DNA of 64,000 nt, taken from NCBI GenBank assembly GCA_963666055.2, contig CAXWPH010000015.1:832001-896000 (forward strand), in the 5' to 3' direction. The stretch is from Acidobacteriota bacterium. GTDB lineage: Bacteria > Acidobacteriota > UBA890 > WLXD01. Within the stretch, counting starts at the first letter, position 1; every line of letters begins with the position of its first letter. Under the pieces are notes generated by a model. The model made no database searches. It was given only the letters and a program-made list of their open reading frames with translations, and was not told the DNA's origin. Below are positions 29,032 through 39,769 of this stretch, in pieces. The position numbers were made by a program, and so were the translations under genes.

Positions 29032-32000
29032 ATGATGGCACGGCGGGTTGCCTTCACCGTGATTGTGGCGGCAACTCTCGCCTGTGGGCTGTCCGCGATC
29101 GTACCCGCGGCGCGCGCCCAGCCGCAGACCCCGTCCGCGATACCCGAGTTCAGCCGCGACATCCAGCCGCTCCTCGCTGCGAACTGCTTGGTGTGCCACG
29201 GCTCCGACGAATCGACTCGCATGAGCGATCTTCGCCTCGACACGCCGGCTGGTCCGTTGTCGGCCGTCGTTCCGGGCGATGCGGCGAGTAGCACGCTGTA
29301 CCAACGGTTGACCGCGCGTGACGGTCTCGAGCGCATGCCACCCGTCGGCTCCGGGCTAGCGCTGACGGAAGGCGAGATCGAGTCGATCCGTGCGTGGATT
29401 GACGCCGGCGCCAAACTGGGGACTGGAGTGGCGCTCGTGCCGGTGATGCTGGCGAGCGATCGAGTCATGGATTTCGACCGCGACGTGCGACCGATCCTGT
29501 CCGAGAACTGTTTCCTTTGCCACGGGCCTGACGACTCAGTGCGCCAGCGGGGACTTCGGCTCGACGTGGAGGAGGGGTTGTTCGGCGATCGCGGACGATT
29601 CGGTGGTCCCGTCATCGTGCCCGGCGCTTCGGCCGAGAGCGCCCTTTACCAGCGCATCGCCGAGGAGTCCGAGCACCGCCGTATGCCGAAGGCGGGCTCG
29701 GGTCTGTCGCTGACGCCGAACGACATCGAAACGATCCGTGTATGGATTGATCAGGGCGCCGAGTGGGAGCCAGCGTGGGCGTTCGTCGCTCCCGTGCGAC
29801 CCGAGATCCCGGCGGTCACAGACGGGGACTGGGGCCGGAACCCGATCGATGCTTTCGTACGCGCTCGCCTGGAGCGGGAAGGGTTGGAACCATCGGAGGT
29901 CGCTGACCGGTCGACCCTGATACGGCGCGCTTCCTATGATCTTACCGGTCTTCCGCCCACCCTGGCGGAGGTCGAGTCGTACTTGGCCGACGACTCGCCG
30001 GACGCCTACGAAAAAGTGGTCGACCGATTGTTGAGCTCGCCGCGCTACGGTGAGCGCATGACGATGCGCTGGATGGATCTGGCGCGTTACGCCGACACGC
30101 ACGGCTACCACATCGACAGTCACCGTGACATGTGGCCCTGGCGTGACTGGGTGATCGAGGCGTACAACGCCAACATGCCGTTCGACCGGTTCACCATCGA
30201 GCAGCTTGCCGGCGACCTCTTGCCTGACCCGACGCGGGCGCAGCGGATTGCCACCGGCTTCAACCGCAACCACATGATCAACTACGAAGGTGGCGCGATC
30301 CCCGAAGAGTACCTGGTCGAGTATGTCGTCGACCGGCTCGATACTACTTCAACGGTCTGGATGGGTCTGACGATGGGGTGCAGCCGGTGTCATGACCACA
30401 AGTACGACCCCATTAGCCAACGGGATTTCTATCGCTTCTTCGCCTTCTTCAACAATGTCGACGAGGTGGGGCTGGACGGCATGCGCGGCAACGCGGACCC
30501 GTTCGTGCGCGTGCCGACGCTCGACGAGGGCCGGGCGCTGGCCGCGCTCCGAGGGCGGATCGTGGCGCTCGAAGCCGAGCTGCCGGAGGCGACGATCGCT
30601 GAGCTGCAGGAGGCGTGGGAGGCGACCGCCCAGGCGACAGTTCCGATGGCCCCGCGTGACGATCTCGTTGCGCACTTCGAGCTGGACGGCGATCTTGCCG
30701 ACGCGAGCGGTCACTACCCACCCGCCCTGGCCAGCAGCACGTACCTCGCATACGACGACGGCCGTATAGGCGAGGCGGCGGCGTTCGACGGCGAAACATA
30801 CGTCGAGCTTGGCGATGGCTCGGCGCTGGACCTGGACGCGGAGCAGGCGTTCTCGATTGCCGCCTGGGTGCGCCCGGGAACAAGGCGGGCCCGCTACTCG
30901 GTCGTCTCGAAGATCGACGAGCAGCGCGGCTACCGGGGCTACGCCGTTTCGTTCGGACCGTCGATTGTCTTGCCACGGACCACGATCGGGGCGCATCTGT
31001 ACTTCAGGTTGATCCACGACTGGCCGTCGAGCGTGCTGTCGGTCAGGACGCGCGAGCCGCTGTACATGGGCCAGTGGCAGCACGTGACCATTGTCTATGA
31101 CGGATCGGGCGATGCGGCGAGCGTATTGCTGTACGTGGATGGCGAGCCGGTCGAGGTCGAGATCGAGCACGACCAGCTCAACGGCACCATCCGATCAGCC
31201 GCGGCGCTGCGGATCGGCGGTGACCTTCATGTCGGCTCGCCTCGGCCCGAGAAGGGCTACACGGGACATATCGACGACCTGCGTTTCTACGCGCGACCGA
31301 TCGACGCCGACGAGATCGACCGCCTGGTGGCCGACCTGCCGGTGCGGAGCATCCTCGATGAGTTACACGCCGAGCCGTCCGAGGAGCCGCCCGACGGCAA
31401 CGAGGAGGAAACGGGTCTGAACGAAGTGCAGGCCGAGGAGCTCCGCGACTACTTCCTCAAACGGTACGCACCGCCCCAGTACCGGCGCGCTCACCGCGAG
31501 CTGCAGGCCCTCAGGAGCGAGCTGGCCGCGCTCGAAGACACCGTCGTCACGACGATGGTCATGGCGGAGCGCGAGGAACCGCGCCAGACATTCATCCTGC
31601 GCCGGGGCGACTATCGAGACCCGATGGATCCCGTCTCGCCGGGCACACCCAGTGCCCTGCCGCCGATGGCCGTCGGTGCGGAGCCCAACAGGCTCGGTTT
31701 GGCCCGATGGCTCGTCGATCCCGTGCACCCGCTCACCGCACGGGTCGCCGTGAACCGGTATTGGGAGATGCACTTCGGCACCGGCTTGGTCAAGACGCTG
31801 GAGGACTTCGGGACCCGGAGCGAGCTTCCGAGTCACCCCGAGCTGCTCGACTGGCTAGCTACCGAGTTCGTCCGGTCGGGGTGGGACGTCAAGGCCATGC
31901 AGCGGCTGATCGTCACCTCGTCTACGTATCGGCAGTCGTCGCGCCTGACGCCTTGGCATGCGGAGCATGATCCAGAGAACCGGCTGCTGAGTCGGGCGTC

Positions 32001-32640
32001 ACGGTTCCGGCTGCCCGCCGAGATGATTCGCGACGGCGCGCTGGCGGTGAGCGGGTTGCTGAACGGCGCCATCGGCGGGCCGAGCGTGTTTCCCTACCAA
32101 CCAGCCGACTTGTGGAAGCCGCTAGCCTACGGCGCCCATTTCACGGCGCAGTCTTACACGCCGAGCCACGGCGAGGATCTCTACCGTCGCAGCATGTACT
32201 CGTTCTGGAAGCGCACCGTGCCGCCGCCGTCACTCAATACGTTCGACGCGCCCGACCGCGAGTCGTGCACGGTGCGCCGGCCACGGACGAACACGCCGCT
32301 GCAGGCGCTGGTGCTGTTGAACGACCCGACATTCGTCGAGGCGGCGCGCTTTCTGGCTCAGCGGATGATCGTTGAGGCTGTCGCGAACCCGGCCGACCGG
32401 GTTCGTTTCGCCTATCGTCTGACCGCGGCGCGCCAGCCGAGCACGACCGAGCTCGGCGTCCTCGTCGAGGTGGCGCGAGGGCAGCTCGACGAGTACCGCG
32501 ACGATCCCGAAGCCGCCAGCCAGCTGCTGACCGTCGGTGAGGGCGGCTACGATCCCGGCCACGACCCGATCGAGCTGGCGGCCTGGGCCAACGTCGCCGG
32601 CATCATCATGAACCTCGACGAAACGATTACGCGGGAGTAG
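29032..32640 (+). CDS. Planctomycete cytochrome c / DUF1549 / LamG / DUF1553 protein
   Basis: [33 protein letters not shown], LamG insert ([19 protein letters not shown]), [23 protein letters not shown]. Confidence 0.92.
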   Translation: MMARRVAFTVIVAATLACGLSAIVPAARAQPQTPSAIPEFSRDIQPLLAANCLVCHGSDESTRMSDLRLDTPAGPLSAVVPGDAASSTLYQRLTARDGLERMPPVGSGLALTEGEIESIRAWIDAGAKLGTGVALVPVMLASDRVMDFDRDVRPILSENCFLCHGPDDSVRQRGLRLDVEEGLFGDRGRFGGPVIVPGASAESALYQRIAEESEHRRMPKAGSGLSLTPNDIETIRVWIDQGAEWEPAWAFVAPVRPEIPAVTDGDWGRNPIDAFVRARLEREGLEPSEVADRSTLIRRASYDLTGLPPTLAEVESYLADDSPDAYEKVVDRLLSSPRYGERMTMRWMDLARYADTHGYHIDSHRDMWPWRDWVIEAYNANMPFDRFTIEQLAGDLLPDPTRAQRIATGFNRNHMINYEGGAIPEEYLVEYVVDRLDTTSTVWMGLTMGCSRCHDHKYDPISQRDFYRFFAFFNNVDEVGLDGMRGNADPFVRVPTLDEGRALAALRGRIVALEAELPEATIAELQEAWEATAQATVPMAPRDDLVAHFELDGDLADASGHYPPALASSTYLAYDDGRIGEAAAFDGETYVELGDGSALDLDAEQAFSIAAWVRPGTRRARYSVVSKIDEQRGYRGYAVSFGPSIVLPRTTIGAHLYFRLIHDWPSSVLSVRTREPLYMGQWQHVTIVYDGSGDAASVLLYVDGEPVEVEIEHDQLNGTIRSAAALRIGGDLHVGSPRPEKGYTGHIDDLRFYARPIDADEIDRLVADLPVRSILDELHAEPSEEPPDGNEEETGLNEVQAEELRDYFLKRYAPPQYRRAHRELQALRSELAALEDTVVTTMVMAEREEPRQTFILRRGDYRDPMDPVSPGTPSALPPMAVGAEPNRLGLARWLVDPVHPLTARVAVNRYWEMHFGTGLVKTLEDFGTRSELPSHPELLDWLATEFVRSGWDVKAMQRLIVTSSTYRQSSRLTPWHAEHDPENRLLSRASRFRLPAEMIRDGALAVSGLLNGAIGGPSVFPYQPADLWKPLAYGAHFTAQSYTPSHGEDLYRRSMYSFWKRTVPPPSLNTFDAPDRESCTVRRPRTNTPLQALVLLNDPTFVEAARFLAQRMIVEAVANPADRVRFAYRLTAARQPSTTELGVLVEVARGQLDEYRDDPEAASQLLTVGEGGYDPGHDPIELAAWANVAGIIMNLDETITRE

Positions 32641-32645
32641 CAAGG

Positions 32646-34109
32646 ATGGACCCAATACGCGAGGACGAGCTCCGGGTGACGCGCCGGCAGCTGTTCTCGC
32701 GCGCGCGCACCGGCATCGGTGTGGCGGCGCTGACCGCGCTGCTGCCCCCCGAGCTGGTGTGGGCCGCCGGGGAAGGAGGGCAGGCCGGTGCAACGCCAGG
32801 AGCACTGCCCCACTTCGCGCCGAAGGCCAAGCGAGCCATCTTCCTGTTTCAGTCGGGCGCACCCTCGCAGATGGATCTCTTCGACTACAAGCCCAGGCTG
32901 AGAGAGCTGCATGGCACCGAGCTGCCCGACTCGGTTCGCCAGGGACAGCGGCTGACCGGCATGAGCTCGGGGCAGGATCGGTTCCCGCTCGTGAACCCGA
33001 TCTTCAGCTTCGACCAGTACGGACAATCGGGGACCTGGATCAGCGAGCTGTTGCCGCATACGGCGAAGATCGTCGACGACATCGCCATCATCAAGAGCGT
33101 GCACACCGACGCAATCAATCACGATCCCGCCATCACCTTCATCCAGAGCGGCAGCCAGCAGCCGGGTCGCCCCAGCATGGGTGCGTGGCTCAGCTACGGC
33201 CTCGGCAGCGCCAACCAGGATCTACCGACCTTCATCGCCCTGCTCTCACGCGGCAGCGCCAAGTTCGACCAGCAGCCGCTATTCTCCCGGTTGTGGGGCA
33301 GCGGCTTTCTGCCGTCGAATCATCAGGGCGTCAACTTTCGATCGAGCGGCGACCCGGTGCTGCACCTCTCAGACCCACCCGGCATCAGCCGCACGAATCG
33401 CCGCCGCCTGCTCGACGCGATCCGGACAATCAACCAGGAACGTGCCGCGATGCTCGGTGATCCGGAGATCGAGACGCGCATTGCCCAGTACGAGTTGGCC
33501 TACCGGATGCAAGCGTCGGTGCCCGATCTGATGGACCTGTCGGACGAGCCGGCAAGCACATTCGATCTGTACGGCGAGGACGCGCGCCGTCCAGGCACCT
33601 ACGCGGCCAACTGCTTGCTGGCGCGCCGGCTTGCCGAGAAGGGCGTGCGCTTCGTGCAGCTGTACCATCGCGGCTGGGACCAGCACCTGGATCTACCGCG
33701 CGACCTCGCACTGCAGTGTCAGGACACCGATCAGGCGTCGGCAGGGCTGATCACCGATCTGAAGCGGCGTGGCCTGCTCGACGAGACGCTGGTGATCTGG
33801 GGCGGGGAGTTCGGCCGCACGGTCTACTGCCAGGGCACCCTGAAGGAGGACAACTACGGGCGCGACCACCATCCGCGCTGTTTCACCATGTGGATGGCCG
33901 GTGGGGGTATCAAGCCCGGCGTCTCCCTCGGACGGACCGACGACTTCTCGTACAACATCCTCGAGGACCCGGTGCACGTGCACGACCTCCAGGCGACAAT
34001 CCTCCACTGCCTCGGCATCGACCACAAACGACTGACCTACAGGTATCAGGGGCGCGACCACCGACTCACCGACGTGGCCGGCCGCGTGTTCGAGAAGGTG
34101 TTGCTATAG
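32646..34109 (+). CDS. DUF1501 domain protein (Tat leader)
   Basis: [38 protein letters not shown]. Confidence 0.93.
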   Translation: MDPIREDELRVTRRQLFSRARTGIGVAALTALLPPELVWAAGEGGQAGATPGALPHFAPKAKRAIFLFQSGAPSQMDLFDYKPRLRELHGTELPDSVRQGQRLTGMSSGQDRFPLVNPIFSFDQYGQSGTWISELLPHTAKIVDDIAIIKSVHTDAINHDPAITFIQSGSQQPGRPSMGAWLSYGLGSANQDLPTFIALLSRGSAKFDQQPLFSRLWGSGFLPSNHQGVNFRSSGDPVLHLSDPPGISRTNRRRLLDAIRTINQERAAMLGDPEIETRIAQYELAYRMQASVPDLMDLSDEPASTFDLYGEDARRPGTYAANCLLARRLAEKGVRFVQLYHRGWDQHLDLPRDLALQCQDTDQASAGLITDLKRRGLLDETLVIWGGEFGRTVYCQGTLKEDNYGRDHHPRCFTMWMAGGGIKPGVSLGRTDDFSYNILEDPVHVHDLQATILHCLGIDHKRLTYRYQGRDHRLTDVAGRVFEKVLL

Positions 34110-34200
34110 CAGGGTGCTGAAAAACTCTGGTGGGGTCTGGTTATGGCGTCGTGGGGCCAGATGCAAGGTGGCGCGACGCAGGCGAGGACGGAGGCAGGCG
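34107..34200. repeat. Truncated MITE-like element, type B, beginning at the TAG stop of DUF1501
   Basis: TAGCAGGGTGCTGAAAAACTC followed by CAGATGCAAGG...GAGGACGGAGGC; no partner end. Confidence 0.55.
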
Positions 34201-34941
34201 ATGAGAGCCACGAAGAGGGCACCCGGGAAGGTCCTGCTGCTGCTCCTGTGTGTGCAGATGGCAACGGCAGGCATGGTGCACGCACAGGACCCCGCCATTG
34301 TGCCGACGCCGCGCGCCGACAGAGCATGGTGGATGAGCCGCTTCTATGACAACGTTCGACAGGTCGGGGGCGGCGATGTCGACCTGCTGTTTATCGGCGA
34401 CTCCATAACCCACAGCTGGGAAAACGCCGGCAAGGAAACCTGGGACAAGTACTACGGGCACCGCAAGGCGGTGAATCTCGGCTTCAGCGGCGATCGCACC
34501 CAGCACGTGCTGTGGCGCCTGATCCATGGCCAGCTCGATCGCGTCAGCCCCAAGGTGGCGGTGCTGATGATCGGCACCAACAACTCCCGCAACTACACAC
34601 CGGACGATATCGCTGCGGGGATCGGCGCGATTTGCAACACGCTGCGGGGTCTGCTGCCGGAAACGAAGATCCTCCTGTTGGCCGTGTTTCCACGGGGTAG
34701 AACGGGCGACGACTGGCAGCGTGGCGTCAACGCTGAAGCCAACTCCATCGTCGCCGAGCTCGACGACGGTGAGTGGATCCACTATCTGGACATCGGCGAT
34801 AGCTTTCTGGAGGACGACGGTGTCTTGCCGGAGAGCGTCATGCCCGACGCCCTACACCCTCAAGGCCATGGCTATCAGATCTGGGCCGAGGCCATGGAAC
34901 CGCTGCTGGCGCGGCTGATGGGGGACGAGCCGGTACGGTAA
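34201..34941 (+). CDS. GDSL/SGNH esterase (PAF-acetylhydrolase-like)
   Basis: GDSIT, GFSGD, GTNN, DALHP; signal peptide. Confidence 0.92.
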   Translation: MRATKRAPGKVLLLLLCVQMATAGMVHAQDPAIVPTPRADRAWWMSRFYDNVRQVGGGDVDLLFIGDSITHSWENAGKETWDKYYGHRKAVNLGFSGDRTQHVLWRLIHGQLDRVSPKVAVLMIGTNNSRNYTPDDIAAGIGAICNTLRGLLPETKILLLAVFPRGRTGDDWQRGVNAEANSIVAELDDGEWIHYLDIGDSFLEDDGVLPESVMPDALHPQGHGYQIWAEAMEPLLARLMGDEPVR

Positions 34942-35019
34942 ACACCATGCTCGTCTCAGGTCGTGAGGGTGTCGATGGCGCCCTCACGTCTGCTAACCGA
35001 TTTCAGGAGAGGCTTTCCC

Positions 35020-35832
35020 ATGCGCACACACCTTCGGGCTAGTGCCGTTCGGACCGCTCTCATCGGCGGTCTGCTGATCGCCGGCGGGACCGCCACGCTG
35101 GCAGCAGCCCAGGAGAACCCGCTCACCACCTCGGTCGACCTCTGGATGGGCCGGCGCGTGTTCCTGGCCCAATGCGGTCGCTGCCATGGCCTCGACGGGA
35201 CCGGCGGTGGCGAGACCGGGGCGCCCGACTTGACGAGGGGAACCTTGGCGACGACCAGCACCGACGCCGGGCTCTTCAATGTCATTCGCGAGGGTATCGA
35301 CGGTACCGCCATGATCGGGATCAGCCCGCAGTCGCCGGACCAGACCGTCTGGCAAATCATCACCTACATCCACTCATTGAACCCCGATCCCGCCGACTAC
35401 GACCTGCCGGGTAGCGCCAGCGCCGGGCGACAGGTCTTCGACGGCAAGGGAAACTGCGGAAGCTGTCACATGGTCGGCGGCAAAGGCGGCCGGCTCGGAC
35501 CCGACCTTTCGGTGGTCGCGAACCGCCGCGATCCGGACGAGCTCAAGGCCGACCTGCTCGATCCGGATGAAGAGGTCGCCCCGCGTTGGTGGACCCTGCG
35601 GGTCACGCAGCATGACGGTACCGTCGTCGAGGGTCTGCGGATGAACGAAGATACGTTCACCCTCAGCATGATCGACGAGGACGAGAACCTCTGGCACTTC
35701 TCGAAGAGTCAGATTAGTGGCAGCGAGCGGATCACGACGTCGAGCATGCCGAGCTACGAGAACACGTTGACTGCGGGGGAGGTGGACGACCTGGTTGCCT
35801 ACCTTTTCTCGCTGCGTAAGGAGCGTCGATGA
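35020..35832 (+). CDS. Dihaem c-type cytochrome
   Basis: CGRCH and CGSCH, GPDLS, SSMPSY; CAGGAG RBS; overlaps next gene. Confidence 0.9.
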   Translation: MRTHLRASAVRTALIGGLLIAGGTATLAAAQENPLTTSVDLWMGRRVFLAQCGRCHGLDGTGGGETGAPDLTRGTLATTSTDAGLFNVIREGIDGTAMIGISPQSPDQTVWQIITYIHSLNPDPADYDLPGSASAGRQVFDGKGNCGSCHMVGGKGGRLGPDLSVVANRRDPDELKADLLDPDEEVAPRWWTLRVTQHDGTVVEGLRMNEDTFTLSMIDEDENLWHFSKSQISGSERITTSSMPSYENTLTAGEVDDLVAYLFSLRKERR

Positions 35833-37466
35833 TGAAACGGCTCCTGTTTGTTATTGCCATCCTCACGTTCGTGCCGCTCGTGCTGGCCCAGGAACCGCCG
35901 AGCGCGAACGCGCCGACGCCAGTGCTTTCGCCGGTGACCTGGGAACGACTGTTGAACGCGGCGAACGAGCCGGAGAACTGGTTGATGTACTCGGGGACCC
36001 TCGACAGCCAGCGTCACAGCCGGCTCGACCGTGTGCACACTCGGAACGTGGCAGATCTCGAGCTCAAGTGGGCCTATCAGATTCCCGCTATCGATCGCGC
36101 CGAGACCACGCCGCTGGTCGTCGACGGTGTGATGTTCGTTACCGAGGCGCCAAGCAACGTCGTGGCGCTCCATGCCGCAACTGGGCGACCGTACTGGCGC
36201 TATGACCACGAGCTGCCGGACGACCTGCGGTTGTGCTGCGGCCGCAACAATCGTGGTGTCGCGATCCTGGGTGAGACCCTCTACATGAGCACGCTGGACG
36301 CGCATCTGGTGGCCATCGACGCGCGCACCGGCAACCTGGTGTGGAATCGGGAGGTCGCGGAGCACAGCTCCGGTTACAGCAAGACCGCGGCGCCGCTGAT
36401 CGTCAAGGACCATGTTGTCACCGGCATCGCCGGTGGGGAGTACGGCATCCGCGGCTTCCTCGATTCCTACAACGCCGAGACCGGCGAGCGGGAATGGCGT
36501 ACCTGGACCATCCCCGGGCCGGAGCACGCCGACAACCGGACCTGGGCGGGTGAATCGTGGCGCACGGGCGGGTCGCCCACCTGGATTACTGGCTCCTACG
36601 ATCCAGGTCTCGACCTCATCTACTGGGGCACGGGGAATCCTGGCCCGGACTGGAACGGCGACGTTCGGTTGGGCGACAACTTGTATTCCGACTCGGCCCT
36701 GGCGCTGGATGCCGACACCGGCGAGTTGGCGTGGTACTTCCAGTTCACCCCGCATGACGTGCACGACTGGGACGCCATCCAGATTCCGATCCTCGGCGAA
36801 ATCGCCTACGAAGGCGAGATGCGCAAGGTGATGATGTGGGCCAACCGCAACGGCTTCTACTACACGCTCGACCGCCAGACCGGCGAGTTCCTGGTGGGCG
36901 AGTCGTTCGCCAGGCAAACCTGGGCAGAAGGCCTGGATGAGAACGGGCGGCCGATCCGCTTCCCGGACACGTCGCCGACGCTGGAGGGCGTCATCGTGTC
37001 GCCGTCGGTGTATGGAGCCACCAACTGGTGGTCACCGGCGTACAGCCCGCTCACCGGCCTGTTCTACGTCAATGCCTTCGATGGCGAGCAGGAGTACTTC
37101 AAGCGTGATCAGGAGTATGTGGAAGGCGAGTATTACTCGGGCGGTGCCGGGCGTAGAGTGCTGCCGGTGGACAACTACCAGAGCGCCATTCGCGCTATCG
37201 ACCCGGCGACCGGCGACGTCCATTGGGAGTTCCCACTGGCGCCGCATTCCACGTCGGGGTTGCTGTCGACTGCTGGAAATCTGGTCTTCGGCGGCACGGT
37301 CGGCGGCTATTTCTTCGCGCTCGACGCCGCCAGTGGCGAGGAGTTATGGCACGTGAACGTAGGCGCCCGGGTGCATTCGGCGCCGATAACCTACGCCGTG
37401 AACGGACAACAGTACATCTCGATCGCCGCGGGAAATGTGATCTTCACCTTCGGCCTGAAGGGATAG
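35829..37466 (+). CDS. PQQ-dependent alcohol dehydrogenase, candidate lanthanide-dependent
   Basis: LCCGRNNRG disulfide ring, GGEYG, GTGNP, TPHDVHDWDA. Confidence 0.9.
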   Translation: MMKRLLFVIAILTFVPLVLAQEPPSANAPTPVLSPVTWERLLNAANEPENWLMYSGTLDSQRHSRLDRVHTRNVADLELKWAYQIPAIDRAETTPLVVDGVMFVTEAPSNVVALHAATGRPYWRYDHELPDDLRLCCGRNNRGVAILGETLYMSTLDAHLVAIDARTGNLVWNREVAEHSSGYSKTAAPLIVKDHVVTGIAGGEYGIRGFLDSYNAETGEREWRTWTIPGPEHADNRTWAGESWRTGGSPTWITGSYDPGLDLIYWGTGNPGPDWNGDVRLGDNLYSDSALALDADTGELAWYFQFTPHDVHDWDAIQIPILGEIAYEGEMRKVMMWANRNGFYYTLDRQTGEFLVGESFARQTWAEGLDENGRPIRFPDTSPTLEGVIVSPSVYGATNWWSPAYSPLTGLFYVNAFDGEQEYFKRDQEYVEGEYYSGGAGRRVLPVDNYQSAIRAIDPATGDVHWEFPLAPHSTSGLLSTAGNLVFGGTVGGYFFALDAASGEELWHVNVGARVHSAPITYAVNGQQYISIAAGNVIFTFGLKG

Positions 37467-37472
37467 GCACAG

Positions 37473-37488
37473 CACCACGGCCTGCTAG
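37473..37488. repeat. Solo MITE end, type A
   Basis: CACCACGGCCTGCTAG, identical to the last 16 nt of the MITE. Confidence 0.7.
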
Positions 37489-37635
37489 GGACCTTCGATT
37501 TCTGGCGGAGGTAAAGTCGAGACGTCGTCTTCAGGGGGAGCCCTCATGGACACGCCGCCGGACATTTCGGAAGGTCTCAATGCGGGGATGTGGACGATCA
37601 CCGACTACTGCCCTCGCCGGGCACCGGGAAAACTC

Positions 37636-39372
37636 ATGAGCTGCTCGATGCCTATCCAGGCCGGTGCTCGCCTCCGTCTACGGTCGGTTGCCGCCAGTGT
37701 GACAGTCGGCATTTGGGCCTTGTCGGCGTCTTCTCCTGTGGCGACGCAAGAACGGTTGACCGCCGACTTGGTGGTGATCTCAGCGAACATCATCACCGTC
37801 GACGACAGGAATCCGAGGGCCGAGGCACTAGCGGTTCGAGATGGAAAATTCGTGTCGGTGGCAAGCGATGCAGAGATACGTTTGCTGATCGGCTCAGACA
37901 CAGAGATCATTGATGCTGGGGGCAAGACTCTCGTCCCCGGTTTCGTCGACGCCCATATGCACCCGGAGCCAACGTATCCGGTGACGTCGCGCTTGGGCAG
38001 GGTCGACCTGAGTCCGGACAACGTGCAGACGATGCAGGACGTTGTCGCTGCGTTGAGGAAGAAGGCTTCCATCACCCCAGAAGGCGAGTGGGTGATCGGC
38101 ACCCGATACCAGGACACCAAGCTCGGCAGGCACCCGAGTCGCCGCGATCTGGATCAGGTCTCAACGGTTCATCCGATCTTCATCACTCATTCCAGTGGGC
38201 ATGTTTCGGCGGTCAATTCCCTGGCTCTCGAGACGGCCGCCATCGACAGCGCGACGCCAGACCCACCGGGTGGAGGGTTTGAGCGCGACAACGAAGGTCA
38301 CCCAACGGGGGTGGTATGGGAAAACGCCATCGAGCTCATCCTGCACGCCGGCCCTCCGCTGCCCGAGGCCACACGCGACGAACAGACGCAGGGGATTCTG
38401 CAGACCTTCGAGGCCTTCCTGAGCAAGGGCATCACCAGCGTCGTCGATGCAGGGAGCGGTCCAGCGGCCTTCAGGGGTTACCAGGATGCTGCCGAGCAAG
38501 GCCAACCGGTCAGGGTGAGCATCATGTTCGAGTTTCGCCATCTACCGGCATTGCGAGAGCTCGGCCTTCGCACCGGGTTTGGTAGCGACCATCTGAGAAT
38601 CGGCGCGATCAAGAGCTTCCATGGCAACTCGCTCTCGGGGAGGACCTGCTGGTTATACGAGCCCTACGAGATCACCAATCCGGCAACCGGCGAGCGCGAC
38701 TACTACGGCATCCCACCGGGCAGGTCTCAAGAGGATCTCGACGCCATGATCCTGGAGATTCACGAGGCTGGATTCCAGGCTGCCGTACACTCCAACGGCG
38801 ACCGCGAGATCGACATGGTTCTCGATGCGCTCGAGCGAGCGTTGAATCATCGGCCACGCAGGAATCATCGACACCGCATCGAGCACGCGAGCATCGTCAA
38901 TCCCACCATTCTCAGGAGGGTCCAGGAGCTCGGCGTTGTCCTGGCTCTGCACTCCTACGTTTACGAGCACGGCGACAAGATGGAGGCCTACGGCGCGGCA
39001 CGGTGGAAGATGATGCATGCCAATCGATCCGCTTTAGAGCTCGGCATTCCGGTTGCCGGAAACTCTGACTACAGTGTGAGCGCGGCGGATCCGATGCTCA
39101 GAATCCAGAGCATGGTCACGCGCACCAGTGCGCAGGGAAAAGTCTACGGTGCGGAGCAGAAGATCAGCGTCGAAGACGCCATTCGCGTTTGGACTCTTGG
39201 GGGCGCCTACTCGACCTTCGACGAGAGGATCAAAGGATCGATCGAGATCGGAAAGCTGGCAGATTTCGTGATCCTCTCAGGGGATCCGACCAGCGTCCCT
39301 CCGGCGACCATCAAGGAAATCGTTGTCGACATGACCTTTATCGACGGCAAGCTCGAGTACGCGCGGCATTGA
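37636..39372 (+). CDS. Amidohydrolase 3 family (YtcJ-like) protein, exported
   Basis: PGFVDAHMH, HSNGD, RIEHAS, GSIEIGKLADFV; start uncertain. Confidence 0.9.
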   Translation: MSCSMPIQAGARLRLRSVAASVTVGIWALSASSPVATQERLTADLVVISANIITVDDRNPRAEALAVRDGKFVSVASDAEIRLLIGSDTEIIDAGGKTLVPGFVDAHMHPEPTYPVTSRLGRVDLSPDNVQTMQDVVAALRKKASITPEGEWVIGTRYQDTKLGRHPSRRDLDQVSTVHPIFITHSSGHVSAVNSLALETAAIDSATPDPPGGGFERDNEGHPTGVVWENAIELILHAGPPLPEATRDEQTQGILQTFEAFLSKGITSVVDAGSGPAAFRGYQDAAEQGQPVRVSIMFEFRHLPALRELGLRTGFGSDHLRIGAIKSFHGNSLSGRTCWLYEPYEITNPATGERDYYGIPPGRSQEDLDAMILEIHEAGFQAAVHSNGDREIDMVLDALERALNHRPRRNHRHRIEHASIVNPTILRRVQELGVVLALHSYVYEHGDKMEAYGAARWKMMHANRSALELGIPVAGNSDYSVSAADPMLRIQSMVTRTSAQGKVYGAEQKISVEDAIRVWTLGGAYSTFDERIKGSIEIGKLADFVILSGDPTSVPPATIKEIVVDMTFIDGKLEYARH

Positions 39373-39457
39373 GGGCAGGCGGCGATTCTGAAACGAGGCA
39401 AGGCCTCCTCCAGCTACTCTCAGGCGCCAACGAGCCGAGACGGGAGGCAAGGACACG

Positions 39458-39769
39458 ATGATAATCCGGAACTACGGTCGCAGTCTGAGCGAGGCTCTCG
39501 AGGCCAGAGCCAGCTTCAGCGCGCCCCGGCTCCTGGAGGGCCACGCGGTAACGGCTCTCTCGTCGGTGTTTATGGCGATGACGTCGATGCTCGCCTGGGC
39601 TTGCCATCTCTCGCAGCCACGGGCTACGCGCCACTGGTCGCGGTTGTTCTGGCCGGTGTTCAGCTTTGCGTTCCTGTTTTTTGAGCCGGCAGCGGTCTGC
39701 TCTAGCTCCCCGATGGCATTCTTGAGCGGCCCAGATGGAGCCCTACGGCGCGCGGCACGTGGCAGATGA
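39458..39769 (+). CDS. Hypothetical small protein
   Basis: GGAGG/AAGGA upstream, ATGA overlap with next gene, two hydrophobic stretches; no recognised motif. Confidence 0.3.
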   Translation: MIIRNYGRSLSEALEARASFSAPRLLEGHAVTALSSVFMAMTSMLAWACHLSQPRATRHWSRLFWPVFSFAFLFFEPAAVCSSSPMAFLSGPDGALRRAARGR

